A stretch of DNA of 64,000 bases from assembly GCA_041741095.1 (NCBI GenBank), contig JBGSKQ010000080.1:15850-79849 (forward strand), read 5' to 3'. Every line of letters begins with the position of its first letter. The stretch's first letter is position 1. The position numbers and the translations under genes were made by a program. This document shows, in pieces, positions 44,701 through 52,372 of this stretch. Source of the stretch: Saprospiraceae bacterium. GTDB taxonomy: Bacteria > Bacteroidota > Bacteroidia > Chitinophagales > Saprospiraceae. The notes beneath the pieces were generated by a model. The model searched no databases. It was not told the origin of the DNA and saw only the letters and a list, made by a program, of their open reading frames with translations.

Positions 44701-45929
44701 CCGCTGCCCGTCACCGTCACCTCATAGTCGCCGGGTGCGAGGTCGTTGAGGCTGGACGATGTAGCCCCGTTTGACCATAAATAGGTGTATGAGCCTGCCG
44801 GGATGACGGTGATCACGATGCTGCCGTTGCCCAGAAAACATTCCGTATTTGGCAAGGCTGTGCCTTGAACGGTCAAGGGCGGGCTGTTTTCTGGCACGTC
44901 AATGGTGGCCGTGGCGGTACAGCCGTTGCCGCCTGTCACGGTGACGGTGTAGCTACCAGCCAGCAGGTTGTTGATGTCTTCGGAGGTGGCCCCATTTGAC
45001 CATAAATAAGTATAAGGAGGCGTACCGCCGCTCACGATAAGGTTGATGGAACCATTGCTTTGCCCGCAGGTGGAGGGCGTGATGCTGTTGGTCAATGTCG
45101 GCGTGGGGGCAAGGGTCACGTTGATTGTGGCGATGCCCGTACATCCGCCCACATCGGACACGGTGACAGAATAGGTGCCGGGCGAAGTTGCTGTGATGGA
45201 TGCTGTATTGGTTGGCCCAGAAATATTGCCACCACCAGAAGCTGCCCAAATAAAGCCTGTCAGGTCGGTGCCGTTGGCGGTGAGGGTCGTCGTTTCATTG
45301 GGACAAATCTCCAGATCACCAGTGATGGTGGCAGTGGTCGTACAGGCGCATGAAAGGACAGCCGTACCGGTCCAGTCGAGGAAGAAGCCCTGGCTGGATG
45401 AGGCCCAGTTGTCAATTAAAAGAATGTAAGATTGGCCGGGCTGCGTGACCAATTCAGCAACGAAGCCATCGCCGCCAGCTCCCTCAGAGAAATCGCCCGC
45501 TCCCATTCCCATCCCAGTTTCTGGGCAAAATCCGCAGCTGGAGGAGGCGTAGGAACAGCGGATGGGCTGGCCAAGGTTGTTGCAATCGGTATTAGGCCCG
45601 TAAAGGGCAAAGTCGTAATCTTCGCCAAAACCTGCAGTGGGTGTCAGGGTAAATGCCAGCATGGCACCGGGCGGTGAGCTTGGCGAGATAAAAATCTCGA
45701 ACCAAGCTGATTGGTGCTCGTCGTTGGAGAGGCAGCCATTGGCGTTGTTGTTGGGACCAGAGCCGAAGTCGTTAAAGCCGGGGCCGTTGCTATTGTAGTT
45801 CAACTGCTGCGAACTGCAAATGGGGATGGCGCTGGTGCAGTCAACAGGATCCTGAGCGGCCAGCCTTTGCTCGAAAATCAATAGAAATAAAACCGTGATA
45901 AGTGCGGTGGGTAAGTGTTTTATCATCAT
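38706..45929 (-). CDS. 2407-aa SprB-repeat cell-surface adhesin with T9SS type B sorting domain
   Basis: Signal-like N-terminus. There are about 19 repeats of 75-80 aa carrying C.(Q/E)(S/N)NG.I(D/N)L.V.GG..PY.(Y/F).WSNG.T.EDL..L..G.Y.VTV....GC. Ig-like modules follow. The C-terminal tail is VYVPNSFSPNGDGSNDVFMIY...FDRWGETV...WDGTY. Confidence 0.92.
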   Translation of the reverse strand: MMIKHLPTALITVLFLLIFEQRLAAQDPVDCTSAIPICSSQQLNYNSNGPGFNDFGSGPNNNANGCLSNDEHQSAWFEIFISPSSPPGAMLAFTLTPTAGFGEDYDFALYGPNTDCNNLGQPIRCSYASSSCGFCPETGMGMGAGDFSEGAGGDGFVAELVTQPGQSYILLIDNWASSSQGFFLDWTGTAVLSCACTTTATITGDLEICPNETTTLTANGTDLTGFIWAASGGGNISGPTNTASITATSPGTYSVTVSDVGGCTGIATINVTLAPTPTLTNSITPSTCGQSNGSINLIVSGGTPPYTYLWSNGATSEDINNLLAGSYTVTVTGGNGCTATATIDVPENSPPLTVQGTALPNTECFLGNGSIVITVIPAGSYTYLWSNGATSSSLNDLAPGDYEVTVTGSGSCTGTATFTVFDQPILPLLSSFITPSTCGQLNGEIDLNVNGGIPPYTFLWSNGVTNEDQNGVLAGSYSVTVTGANGCSETAAFTVPDNSVTLTINPTILPNTSCLPGSYDGSISINVSPPGTYDYIWSNGSTNTSLSNLAPGSYSVTVSAGGACTQTGTFIVPDNPNLPSLTTTFDAASCGLSNGSATVITSGGVAPFTYLWSNGETGQIIFDVPAGSYSVTVTGGNGCSNVTNVTVPNDVIPINITEAITPNTSCTDGNGSINLSITPAGLDILWSNGETTEDIFDLSPGTYSVTVSGGGSCSSISNFTVPDNSGAPSLSISPTASTCDLPNGAADLTITGGVAPYEISWTNGAVSEDLSGVLAGTYSVVVTSAAGCISNASVTIPNNNATFSVTGIATGNSSCSTPNGSVQTTVTPPGSYTYLWSNGETSTFIIDVPAGIYTVTVSAGGSCTQVADFQVFEFTTPPDLALAPTAATCGQNNGSINATATDGTGPYSFLWSNGATSEDLSNIAPGDYSATVTDANFCTATASVTVGDDVQNPQISESITAAICGESNGGIDLSVSGAAPPYSFIWSNGATSEDLANIAPGNYEVTVSGGNGCSATASFSVPNNSSNFTVDGIAQPINTCNFDNGNIDLSVTPSGTYDIVWSNGETTEDLDSLSVGSYTVTVTALGTCSASATFTIDDQTASPTTTQTVTDEICGQSDGTIDLTVSGGTAPYTFIWSNSQSSEDLSGLSAGVFNVTITGTNGCSTTASATVPDNSVNITLDGSTAANTLCGNNNGSIDLSISPSGTYDILWSNGETTEDLSGLAGGSYAVTVSAGGNCTAEASFTVSSTTADPVISQTITSAICGENNGAIDLTISGGVGPFSFVWSNGANSEDLTGQPAGDYSVEVTGANGCASSANFTIGNNTTAISITGVAVENTACTSGNGSVDIGVTPAGVYTFLWSNGEATEDLNALPGGDYEVTVSAGGSCSATATFSVADNPDEPIISENITASICAAANGGIDLTINGGSSPYSFLWSNGEITEDLSGILSGTYDVAVTAANGCSATASYSVPNNSNTFTINGLASSNTLCVGGNGGVDLTVSPNGIYSYLWSNGETTEDLTGQLSGSYTVTVSDGGNCTASASFAIDDDQATIAVSGTSQDILCFDENDGSINLTASGGTAPYQFEWSPAITGNPEDPTALSAGDYSVLVTDASGCTGTANFSIVQPASAVQLVSNATSNVSLPGASDGSGSVDISGGTAPYSVTWTPGGSQTNLQAGVFDLNNLSEGGYAVQVTDANGCPSTCSFTITPNDCVTAIGTMGTATLSLCGDGCQTATYSPLGQYLDPDDVLQYILHEGNGNTIVNEIERSDNPTFCFDAALMDYGSTYYISVAAGGADAVGNVILGDACTQVSVGTPIVFYEIPQASIVQPAPLNCLVSQTDLTGGSNLAGSTFSWVTNGGEILGNPSQANIQAGAAGFYTLTVTANGCSGTATVEVEDQSMVVEASITSSPGELLDCTISQIILTGTGTGSPNLSFVWLENGVPVSTNGSLVVDVGGMYELIAFDPLTACADTTSITISDNTDFPPIITINQPQELNCLVTSTTLSGSSDISGVQFTWASINGVDTVLLGSGNSFVATAPGTYYLLGIAPNGCENGEAVTISGDFTLPAVEAGPDQTLDCLQTPVELTGNGSAGVAYEWSADNPAILISNPNSPFITVNTNGIYTLTVTDLGNFCTDSDDVEVFQYSNEPQGELTISAPTCFGDENGAITVETDPANGPYQYALDGQSNGSNNFFAPLAPGNYQLLVTDGQGCTWSEIVYVPEPEQLNVELGTDLVLDLGETATLQVIYNLPPSQLDTILWTPSDMMDCDGMPCDEMAFEPTQQTFVEVTVIDTNGCRSSDDLTVFVKKERHVYVPNSFSPNGDGSNDVFMIYTGQEAVKVKEFLVFDRWGETVHQYYNFLPNDPVYGWDGTYRQQSLNPAVFVWFAVIEFVDGEEVLFEGDVTLVR
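40795..45101. repeat. in-frame tandem coding repeats (SprB repeats, about 230 nt period, two alternating subtypes)
   Basis: The string CCATTTGACCA(T/A)A (reverse complement of the WSNG codons) recurs at about 230-nt intervals across this span. I counted 17 WSNG/WTNG motifs plus 2 degenerate copies in the translation. Confidence 0.85.
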
Positions 45930-46185
45930 AACAGTTTTTGGCCTGTGTACAACCAGGTGAATGAATGCTAAAATTATTGTATCACAACCTATCCAGGCTT
46001 ATTACAAAATTGAAAAATGCTCAGTGGGAAGTCTGATACGCCGATCAGGAAGAATAATTCGATGGGTGAAAAGGTGTGGGTTGCCTTCGATTGGCAGAAA
46101 AGGGTGGCGAAAGGTAGTTTTATTTAAAAAAACCGCCAAGCAAGTGCTTTAAAATGTGCTGGAAAAGTAAGGGTGAATAACCATT

Positions 46186-46593
46186 TCAGAAAAACTGCGT
46201 CAGTTTTTCCATCAAAAAGCCCGGCGTGGGAATGGTTTTTTTAGTGTTCATATCAACGAAAACGAGGCGTACCGTCCCGGCGTTCACCACTTTTCCGTTT
46301 TCGTTCAAAATTTCTGTATAAAAAATGATTTCCTTTTCTGGCAGTTGCCGCAGCGTGGTGCGGATGGTGAGCATTTCGTCATATTTGGCGGGCCTCAAAT
46401 AGCGCATTTCCATGGAGGCCACGGGCATCATAATCCTTTCTTTTTCCTCCATGTCTTTGTAGGTCAGGCCCAATGAGCGCAGCATTTCCACCCGCCCTAT
46501 TTCATACAAATCGGCGTAGCGGCCATAGTACAGGTAGCCCATTTGGTCAGTTTCGCCGTAGTGTACCCTTTTTTGTGTTTCGTGCGTGTACAT
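46186..46593 (-). CDS. acyl-CoA thioesterase (YbgC/4HBT hotdog fold)
   Basis: Start chosen at ATG 46593 (MYTHETQKRVHYGETDQMGYLYYGRYADLYEIGRVEMLRSLG). This carries the classic 4HBT catalytic Asp context. Confidence 0.85.
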   Translation of the reverse strand: MYTHETQKRVHYGETDQMGYLYYGRYADLYEIGRVEMLRSLGLTYKDMEEKERIMMPVASMEMRYLRPAKYDEMLTIRTTLRQLPEKEIIFYTEILNENGKVVNAGTVRLVFVDMNTKKTIPTPGFLMEKLTQFF

Positions 46594-46604
46594 TTTTTTT
46601 AGAT

Positions 46605-46679
46605 GTTGAGAGGGGTGAGAGAATGAGTGAGGAACTTGCCGAAAAATTGCCAATATCTCATTCTCTCATTCTCTCTCAG
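46605..46679. repeat. inverted GTGAG-type repeat arrays forming a hairpin between two co-oriented genes
   Basis: Left array is GTTGAGAGGGGTGAGAGAATGAGTGAGG (46605-46632). Right array is ATCTCATTCTCTCATTCTCTCTCA (46655-46678). GAGAGAATGAG and CTCATTCTCTC give an 11-bp perfect stem. Confidence 0.75.
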
Positions 46680-47929
46680 TCCCGCTCAATCGGGCAGGTC
46701 ATACAGTGCGAGCCGCCCCTGGCCCTTGACAGTTCGTTGGAGGGCAGGTTGATGATGGTATTTTCGATGTCTTCCGGTTTTATTTTGCCGGAATTCAAGT
46801 CTTTGAGGAGTTTGCGGGCATGCACGGTTTTGTAGCCAAATTTTTTGAATGCTTTTTCTGTGTGCGGGTTGCGGTCATAAGTGAAAGCCACGCCGGGTTT
46901 AAGGGCCACAAGGTTGCAGCCGTCCGTCCATTGCTCCCGCTCCTGGTAGGGCGATTCGCCGTCGCCGCTGAGGATGAATTCCATGTTTGGGTTCACCTCG
47001 TTGATGATGAAATCCCGCACGGAATGGTAGAAAACGGAGGTGCCATTTTTCTTGTGTACCTCCACATTGGAACTCAAACCATCCACTACTATAGGCTTAA
47101 AGGCTACGATATGGTTGTTGTTGATTTGGGTGAAAACGGTGTCAATGTGCATGTACGAACGCTCCTGGGGGATGTTGATCTGCACCACATTTTTCACCAC
47201 GTTCCGTTCAAACAGCTTATCCCGCAGCGTTTGGATGGCGTGGCCGCTTGTGCGTTCGCTACGGCCAATCAGCAGGTAGTTTTTGTTCAAAACCATCATG
47301 TCGCCGCCTTCCAGCGAGATAACCTCGCCTTTGCGGGAGGGAGGGAATTCTTCGTAATGGTTCATGTTGATGAGGCGGCCTTCGTCTTTCAAATGTGAAA
47401 AAATAGGGTGCGACCAGAAAATGAACCTCGACAGGTAGTTTTCACGGAAGCGGGCCTCCTTGCCAGGTTTGGTGATAATCACATGGTCGTTGACGGTGAC
47501 GGCGATGTCCCTCGTGAAAATGAAGTTGGGGATGGGGTCGAAAAGGATATAGTCTTTTTCCTTGTGATAGCCGGTTATCAGCACATCGGCCAGCTCTTCG
47601 TCAGGAAGGTCAATCAACATTTTCTCCGTGTCTTTTGGCAGTTCCTCGTAGTCCACGATTTCGTGGATGATCCACTCCTTGGTGGCCTTATCTGCGCCAA
47701 TGGCCCCGGTGAGCAAATCTTTGGTTTCCAGCACGTTTTTATCCCCTAAAAAAGCACGGAGGATACCTGTAAAAACATCGTGTTCTTCCTGCATTTGCGG
47801 CAGGTGTACGATGTCGTCGAACAGTAGTTCGCTGGCCCTCCGGGGCGAAATTCGTGCGATGCCCTCGTCGGGGCGGTGTACGATGACTTTGCGGAGCGGG
47901 CCGATTTCTGATGAAACTTGGATGGGCAT
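46676..47929 (-). CDS. arcA: arginine deiminase
   Basis: 417 aa. The N-terminus VSSEIGPLRKVIVHRPDEG...LLFDDIVHLPQMQEEHDVF and the C-terminal active-site context RGGSHCMTCPIERD are typical of ADI. Confidence 0.8.
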   Translation of the reverse strand: MPIQVSSEIGPLRKVIVHRPDEGIARISPRRASELLFDDIVHLPQMQEEHDVFTGILRAFLGDKNVLETKDLLTGAIGADKATKEWIIHEIVDYEELPKDTEKMLIDLPDEELADVLITGYHKEKDYILFDPIPNFIFTRDIAVTVNDHVIITKPGKEARFRENYLSRFIFWSHPIFSHLKDEGRLINMNHYEEFPPSRKGEVISLEGGDMMVLNKNYLLIGRSERTSGHAIQTLRDKLFERNVVKNVVQINIPQERSYMHIDTVFTQINNNHIVAFKPIVVDGLSSNVEVHKKNGTSVFYHSVRDFIINEVNPNMEFILSGDGESPYQEREQWTDGCNLVALKPGVAFTYDRNPHTEKAFKKFGYKTVHARKLLKDLNSGKIKPEDIENTIINLPSNELSRARGGSHCMTCPIERD

Positions 47930-47965
47930 AATTTAGTTTGTGGTTAGTGGTTGAAAGCAAGTGGG

Positions 47966-49108
47966 TTACACCACTTTTTCGATTTCATAAATGGAATTAA
48001 TCTTTCCGGCAAATATGCAGAAAAAGTCAGGATTGCGGTGAAGGGCTGAAATTTCCGTTGGCCTACCATCGTCAATGAAATTCGCCTTCAATTTTGATTT
48101 GATGGTAAAATACGACGTCAGATAGTTCAGCTCCACTTTATCTGAAAAATAATGCCCGATTTGCCCTGCCATCTTGTGGTAATTGGAGCGGGGCTTGGCC
48201 GGGCAAAAATTGCAGGTGGCCACAAAATCGGGTTTACATTCGGTGTTGATGGCCTGGCAATCAAAATGCGGCAGGTTGTCGTAAGAAACCTTGTGGTGCG
48301 TATAGGCGACCGAACTCAGCGACAACAAACCCGATTTCCCATAAGGCATCAGGCTGCCAAACTGCCCGTCCATCACCGTCAGGCCGATGTCTTTTAACTG
48401 TGGCGAAGTGACAAAGGCGATTTCCGAAATCTCGTGCATCAGGTTGATATCGCCCATGCCAAATTGGCGATTTACTGCATTGCTGCCGCAATAAGTGGCG
48501 TTGATGGCCGAAGCGGCTCCGATGTTTTGCAACTCCCCATTTTCCAAATTTTCCAAAACGGCCCGCCATTCGCCTTCGCCTTTTTCCACTGATTTTATTT
48601 GGTGAAACAATTTAAGCTCAATGAGTGGCTCGGCCTTCACTTTTTCTTTGTAAAACTCGCCAATCAGGATGGGATCGAAAGTGTATTCGGTAGTCAGGTA
48701 AAGCGCCTCCAGCCGTTCGTAGTTGAACAGCGGATGGTCATCCACCCGCTCGCAGCGGATGTTGATGAATTCGCAAAAACGCTCAAACTGTGCTGCATCG
48801 GTAAAGCTGCCGAACTTGTCAATGGCGTAATATTTTTCAAACTCAAAATGGATAAATGGCTTGTGCTCTTCGGTAAAACGGGCTTTGTTGTCGTCGCTCA
48901 TGATGGCCGTCGCCACGCTGCGTGGGTAGTGGTAGCCGCCGTGCAGTCGGGCCTGGTTCACGATGCTCGCTTTTTTAAACATTTCCCGCTCCTTCTCCAC
49001 CAGGCAAATGCGGTGGCCTTTCCGGGCAAGGTACAGCGCCGCATAGCAGCCAAAAAGGCCGCCGCCGATGATGAAGAAGTCGTATGTGCTGGATGCTTGG
49101 ATGGTTAT
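47966..49108 (-). CDS. FAD-dependent oxidoreductase; the start codon is unresolved because no canonical start lies upstream of the GxGxxG motif
   Basis: The frame is open from the preceding gene's stop (TAA 49121-49123). It encodes ...TYDFFIIGGGLFGCYAALYLARKGHRICLVEKE, a Rossmann beta-alpha-beta with acidic terminus. This lies before the first ATG at 49000. Only ATA (49106-49108) and ATC (49100-49102) are available as near-cognate starts. Confidence 0.65.
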   Translation of the reverse strand: MTIQASSTYDFFIIGGGLFGCYAALYLARKGHRICLVEKEREMFKKASIVNQARLHGGYHYPRSVATAIMSDDNKARFTEEHKPFIHFEFEKYYAIDKFGSFTDAAQFERFCEFINIRCERVDDHPLFNYERLEALYLTTEYTFDPILIGEFYKEKVKAEPLIELKLFHQIKSVEKGEGEWRAVLENLENGELQNIGAASAINATYCGSNAVNRQFGMGDINLMHEISEIAFVTSPQLKDIGLTVMDGQFGSLMPYGKSGLLSLSSVAYTHHKVSYDNLPHFDCQAINTECKPDFVATCNFCPAKPRSNYHKMAGQIGHYFSDKVELNYLTSYFTIKSKLKANFIDDGRPTEISALHRNPDFFCIFAGKINSIYEIEKVV

Positions 49109-49120
49109 ATGATTGAATGG

Positions 49121-50041
49121 TTATTGTAGGCCTGAAATCTTTTCAAAGACATCTCGATAGTCATTGTGGTTCAATAAGTTATGAAAATCAATACTTTCCT
49201 TCAACTGCCCCACATTGGACACTCCCAACAAAATTCCCTGCATGTCAGGCTGGTAAAAAGCGTGAATCATCCCTATCTGGTGCATGGCCGTTAGCGGTGG
49301 CCTTTCGGTGTTTTGATTGGCCGCATCTACGATCCGAATGAGTTTTTCTGCCATTGGCCGCATCTTTTCCACATCTGCCCCCCGTGCCTTAAGCGAGCTG
49401 TTTTCATGGTAAAATGAGGGGTCGAGCTTTAGGCCCCCCGCATTGATGCCGTAGGCGATGAAACGCCGCTGGCCATGAAAGGCTGCGTAGCGGCCATAGT
49501 CCGATTGCAGCACGTTGTGCTTTATTTGTATCCTGAAATCCAGTTGGAATTCCCGGTTCAAGGCTGCATAAATATCAGGCCGTTGGATGCCCGATAGTCC
49601 CACCTGCAAGCCTTTTTCCTTGACCGTTTGTAGGGCTTCCAATGTCTCACGGATGGCCTCGGTTTCTTCCCTATTGTCCCAATGCACCATCAGCGTGTGC
49701 AGGTTTTTGCCAAACAGCCAGGCGTACTCGTCCAGCATCATCAGCACAAAAGATTTGGTCAGCAAATGCTCCGGAGTGCGCAGGTTGTTCACGCTGCCGA
49801 TTTTCATCATTACTTCCAAATCAGCAATGCCATGCGTTTTTATCCAATCCAGCAAAATATTTTCCGCCTTCCTGAAATCCTCCGGCTGCTTGTTAATAGG
49901 ATAGTTCGTCGCCCCATCCACCTGCCGGAAGCCCTTGGCATACCACTCGTCGAGCAGCCCAAAGGCTGTTTCCTTAGAGGTCGTCCAGCCCCACATAGCA
50001 GTGCCAAGTATCAGATCCGTGCCCAGTCGTTCATCTTTCAT
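49121..50041 (-). CDS. aldo/keto reductase
   Basis: 306 aa. N-terminal segment LGTAMWGWTTSKETAFGLLDEWYAKGFRQVDGATNYP is followed by a (beta/alpha)8-like periodicity typical of the AKR family. Confidence 0.8.
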   Translation of the reverse strand: MKDERLGTDLILGTAMWGWTTSKETAFGLLDEWYAKGFRQVDGATNYPINKQPEDFRKAENILLDWIKTHGIADLEVMMKIGSVNNLRTPEHLLTKSFVLMMLDEYAWLFGKNLHTLMVHWDNREETEAIRETLEALQTVKEKGLQVGLSGIQRPDIYAALNREFQLDFRIQIKHNVLQSDYGRYAAFHGQRRFIAYGINAGGLKLDPSFYHENSSLKARGADVEKMRPMAEKLIRIVDAANQNTERPPLTAMHQIGMIHAFYQPDMQGILLGVSNVGQLKESIDFHNLLNHNDYRDVFEKISGLQ

Positions 50042-50051
50042 CGTTTATAGT

Positions 50052-50780
50052 TCAAAGCTGACGAAAAGGTTTTTTCCCTTTTAACACCTTCATCGCCTCC
50101 AAATATTGCTTTGCCAGGGGCCCGATTTTCACCCGGCTGCTGCTCACGTCGTCCGTCCATTTCACGGGGAGTTCCAGCATTTTCAGGCCCTGCCATTCAG
50201 CTATCGTCAATAGTTCAGTGGAAAAAAACCAGCCGTCGCTGATGGCTCCGCCCTGGTGCAGTGGTGGATAAACTTCCCTTTTCAGCCATTTGAAACCGCA
50301 CATGCCATCGGAGAAGCCCACATTGAGGTAGGTTTTTAAAATGAGGTTGAAAACCCTGGACGTGATTTCCCTTTTCACGGTACGGCCAACCACCTTCGAC
50401 TTTGGGTGCAGGCGGGTGGCATATACCAGGTCGTAGTTTTTGTTGGCAATGGCATCGTAGGCTTCGAGGAAGTGCGGCAGATCGGTCGCCAAATCGAGGT
50501 CCATGTAGCCCACCATGTCGGCTTTCGATAGGCCCCAGGAGTGCTTGAGCGCCAGGCCCACGCCCTTTCTCGGCACGGTCAACGGCACGATTTCAGGGTG
50601 GCGGCTTTGCAGCGATTGGGCAATTTCAAGGGTGCGATCCTTCGAGCCGTTGTCGGCAATCACGATGCGCCACTGGCCCGGCGTGGGGAAATGTTTTTTC
50701 AAAAAACCATGCAAAATAAGCACCTGCTGTTCCAGGGTAGCCTCCTCGTTGAGTACGGGAATGGTGACGTCGAAAGTCAT
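50052..50780 (-). CDS. glycosyltransferase family 2 (polyprenyl-phosphate glycosyltransferase-like)
   Basis: Start chosen at ATG 50780 (MTFDVTIPVLNEEATLEQ). Segments IVIADNGSKDRT and YMDLDLATD (DxD) are present. Confidence 0.85.
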   Translation of the reverse strand: MTFDVTIPVLNEEATLEQQVLILHGFLKKHFPTPGQWRIVIADNGSKDRTLEIAQSLQSRHPEIVPLTVPRKGVGLALKHSWGLSKADMVGYMDLDLATDLPHFLEAYDAIANKNYDLVYATRLHPKSKVVGRTVKREITSRVFNLILKTYLNVGFSDGMCGFKWLKREVYPPLHQGGAISDGWFFSTELLTIAEWQGLKMLELPVKWTDDVSSSRVKIGPLAKQYLEAMKVLKGKKPFRQL

Positions 50781-50976
50781 TGGAGAAATTAAGTTTGAGA
50801 TTTTTCGGCGGCAAATATACCTGTACGCAGCCCCCGGCAGTCTGTTGCAGCCCATCTATTTTGCGGTGTAAACGGGTTTTGTTTCTTTTGCACATCCAAT
50901 TTTTATCCTAACTAAAGTTAAAAATGCCATGCCCCCCAAGTTTTTAACCCAAAACCATTGCGCCGAAGCGCCTACC

Positions 50977-51011
50977 GTTCATCATTCATCGTTCATCATT
51001 TATCGTTTCAT
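50977..51011. repeat. five tandem heptamers TTCATCR family
   Basis: GTTCATC ATTCATC GTTCATC ATTTATC GTTTCAT ends 6 nt before ATG 51017. Confidence 0.8.
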
Positions 51012-51016
51012 AAATT

Positions 51017-51691
51017 ATGCCCTTCGATTTCAATAAAATAAAATCCATTTTCATCGTCGAGGAACAGAAGTCCGCCACGACTGAAACTACCACTGCTGGC
51101 AAAAATGAGCCGAGGCCCAGTTCCAACAGCCGCCCAGAAGCGGCCATGCCGAATTTGGCCAACATAGAGTCGGGACAGGCTTCCACCAAGTTCATGGACG
51201 TGCTTTTTCGGGCGATGGAAAACGCCAACCTGCCCGGCGTTGACTACCTGGAATACCGCCAGTCGCTGAAATCTTTGGAAAAAATGCCGATGGACGAACA
51301 GGTGCGCTACCAGTCCGCCTTTGCAATGGCGCAGGCGATGGGCGCCACCCCGCCCAAACTCATCGAATCGGCCAACCACTACATGGACGTGCTGAAAGGC
51401 GAGGAGGCCAAATTTGAACAGGCACTGCGAAACCAACTCCAGCAGCAGGTGGGCAACCGGGAAGAGGCCGCCAAAAACCTGGAAAACGTGGTGCAGCAAA
51501 AAGCGGCACAAATAAAAAAGCTCACCGAAGAGATCGCCCAGCACCAGGCCGAGGCCGAAAAACTGCGGAAAGAAACCGCCGAGGCTTCCCAAAAAATGGA
51601 GGCGACGAAAGGCAATTTCATCGCTTCGTTCAATGCCCTCGTTACACAAATACAAGTGGATGTGGAAAATATGAAGAGGTTTTTGAAATAA
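51017..51691 (+). CDS. hypothetical coiled-coil protein
   Basis: 224-aa ORF with plausible amino-acid composition. The C-terminal half is heptad-rich (AKFEQALRNQLQQQVGNREEAAKNLENVVQQKAAQIKKLTEEIAQHQAEAEKLRKE). The antisense 249-aa ORF is low-complexity and I rejected it. Confidence 0.6.
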   Translation: MPFDFNKIKSIFIVEEQKSATTETTTAGKNEPRPSSNSRPEAAMPNLANIESGQASTKFMDVLFRAMENANLPGVDYLEYRQSLKSLEKMPMDEQVRYQSAFAMAQAMGATPPKLIESANHYMDVLKGEEAKFEQALRNQLQQQVGNREEAAKNLENVVQQKAAQIKKLTEEIAQHQAEAEKLRKETAEASQKMEATKGNFIASFNALVTQIQVDVENMKRFLK

Positions 51692-51833
51692 TTGTGGTTT
51701 TGAAAAGTGTGTTTGGGTGCTTATGTGTTTTGGAAGTCCCAGATCATCCAAAAACACATAAACCTAAAAACACACAAACACAATCACAAAAAATCCCCTC
51801 CAAACGGTAACACCCAACCAACTCCCAAGATAA

Positions 51834-52370
51834 ATGAGCAAATACCGGCAAGACGAGGAACGGCTGAACGAACTAAAAACTGGCAACCACCGGGCGTGGA
51901 AGCGGTTTTTTGATGAAAATAGCGAAGCCTTCCTGCTGTTCACGATGAAATACGGGCAAACGGATCGGGAGCAGGCTTATGGCATTTTTCAGGAAGCCCT
52001 TGTCATCCTGCACCGCAACTGTACGGGCGGGAAACTCGTGCCGCCCTTGCGCAGCAGTCTGCAAACCTACTTGTTCGCCATTGGGAAGAACCTTTGCCGA
52101 AGGGGTGGAAAAAACCATTTGCAGTTCCCTGAAAACCTCCCCGATCTCCCTGAAAACCCATTTGAATTGGATGACGAGCGCCGGCACAATGCAGCTTTGG
52201 TAAAAAGCCTGCTCGGCCGTATCGGCGATAAATGCAGGGAGTTCCTCACACTGGTTTTTTTGGAGGAAATGCCCCAGGTTGACATCATGCAGCAAATGGA
52301 AATACCCTCCGATGAGGCTTTCCGCAAGCGCAAGTTTGATTGTTTGAAAAAAATGAGAACCCTTTTATGA
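51834..52370 (+). CDS. RNA polymerase sigma factor, ECF (sigma-70 family group 4)
   Basis: 178 aa. The region 2-like segment is AFLLFTMKYGQTDREQAYGIFQEALVILH. The region 4 HTH segment is CREFLTLVFLEEMPQVDIMQQMEIPSDEAFRKRKFDCLKKMR. Confidence 0.85.
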   Translation: MSKYRQDEERLNELKTGNHRAWKRFFDENSEAFLLFTMKYGQTDREQAYGIFQEALVILHRNCTGGKLVPPLRSSLQTYLFAIGKNLCRRGGKNHLQFPENLPDLPENPFELDDERRHNAALVKSLLGRIGDKCREFLTLVFLEEMPQVDIMQQMEIPSDEAFRKRKFDCLKKMRTLL

Positions 52371-52372
52371 TT

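Noticed and set aside
38706-45929. CRISPR-like periodicity of the SprB repeat region and of the heptamer/octamer arrays elsewhere
   Set aside because: The 230-nt repeats are in-frame coding repeats of one long ORF. The short arrays have 7-9 nt units with no unique spacers. No cas genes or 25-40 nt repeat/spacer architecture occur anywhere in the window.
51008-51757. 249-aa minus-strand ORF antisense to the coiled-coil protein gene
   Set aside because: It is a Leu/Phe/His/Gly-rich low-complexity mirror of the Glu/Lys/Gln-rich sense frame. The plus-strand ORF has a plausible composition and starts right after a promoter-proximal repeat.
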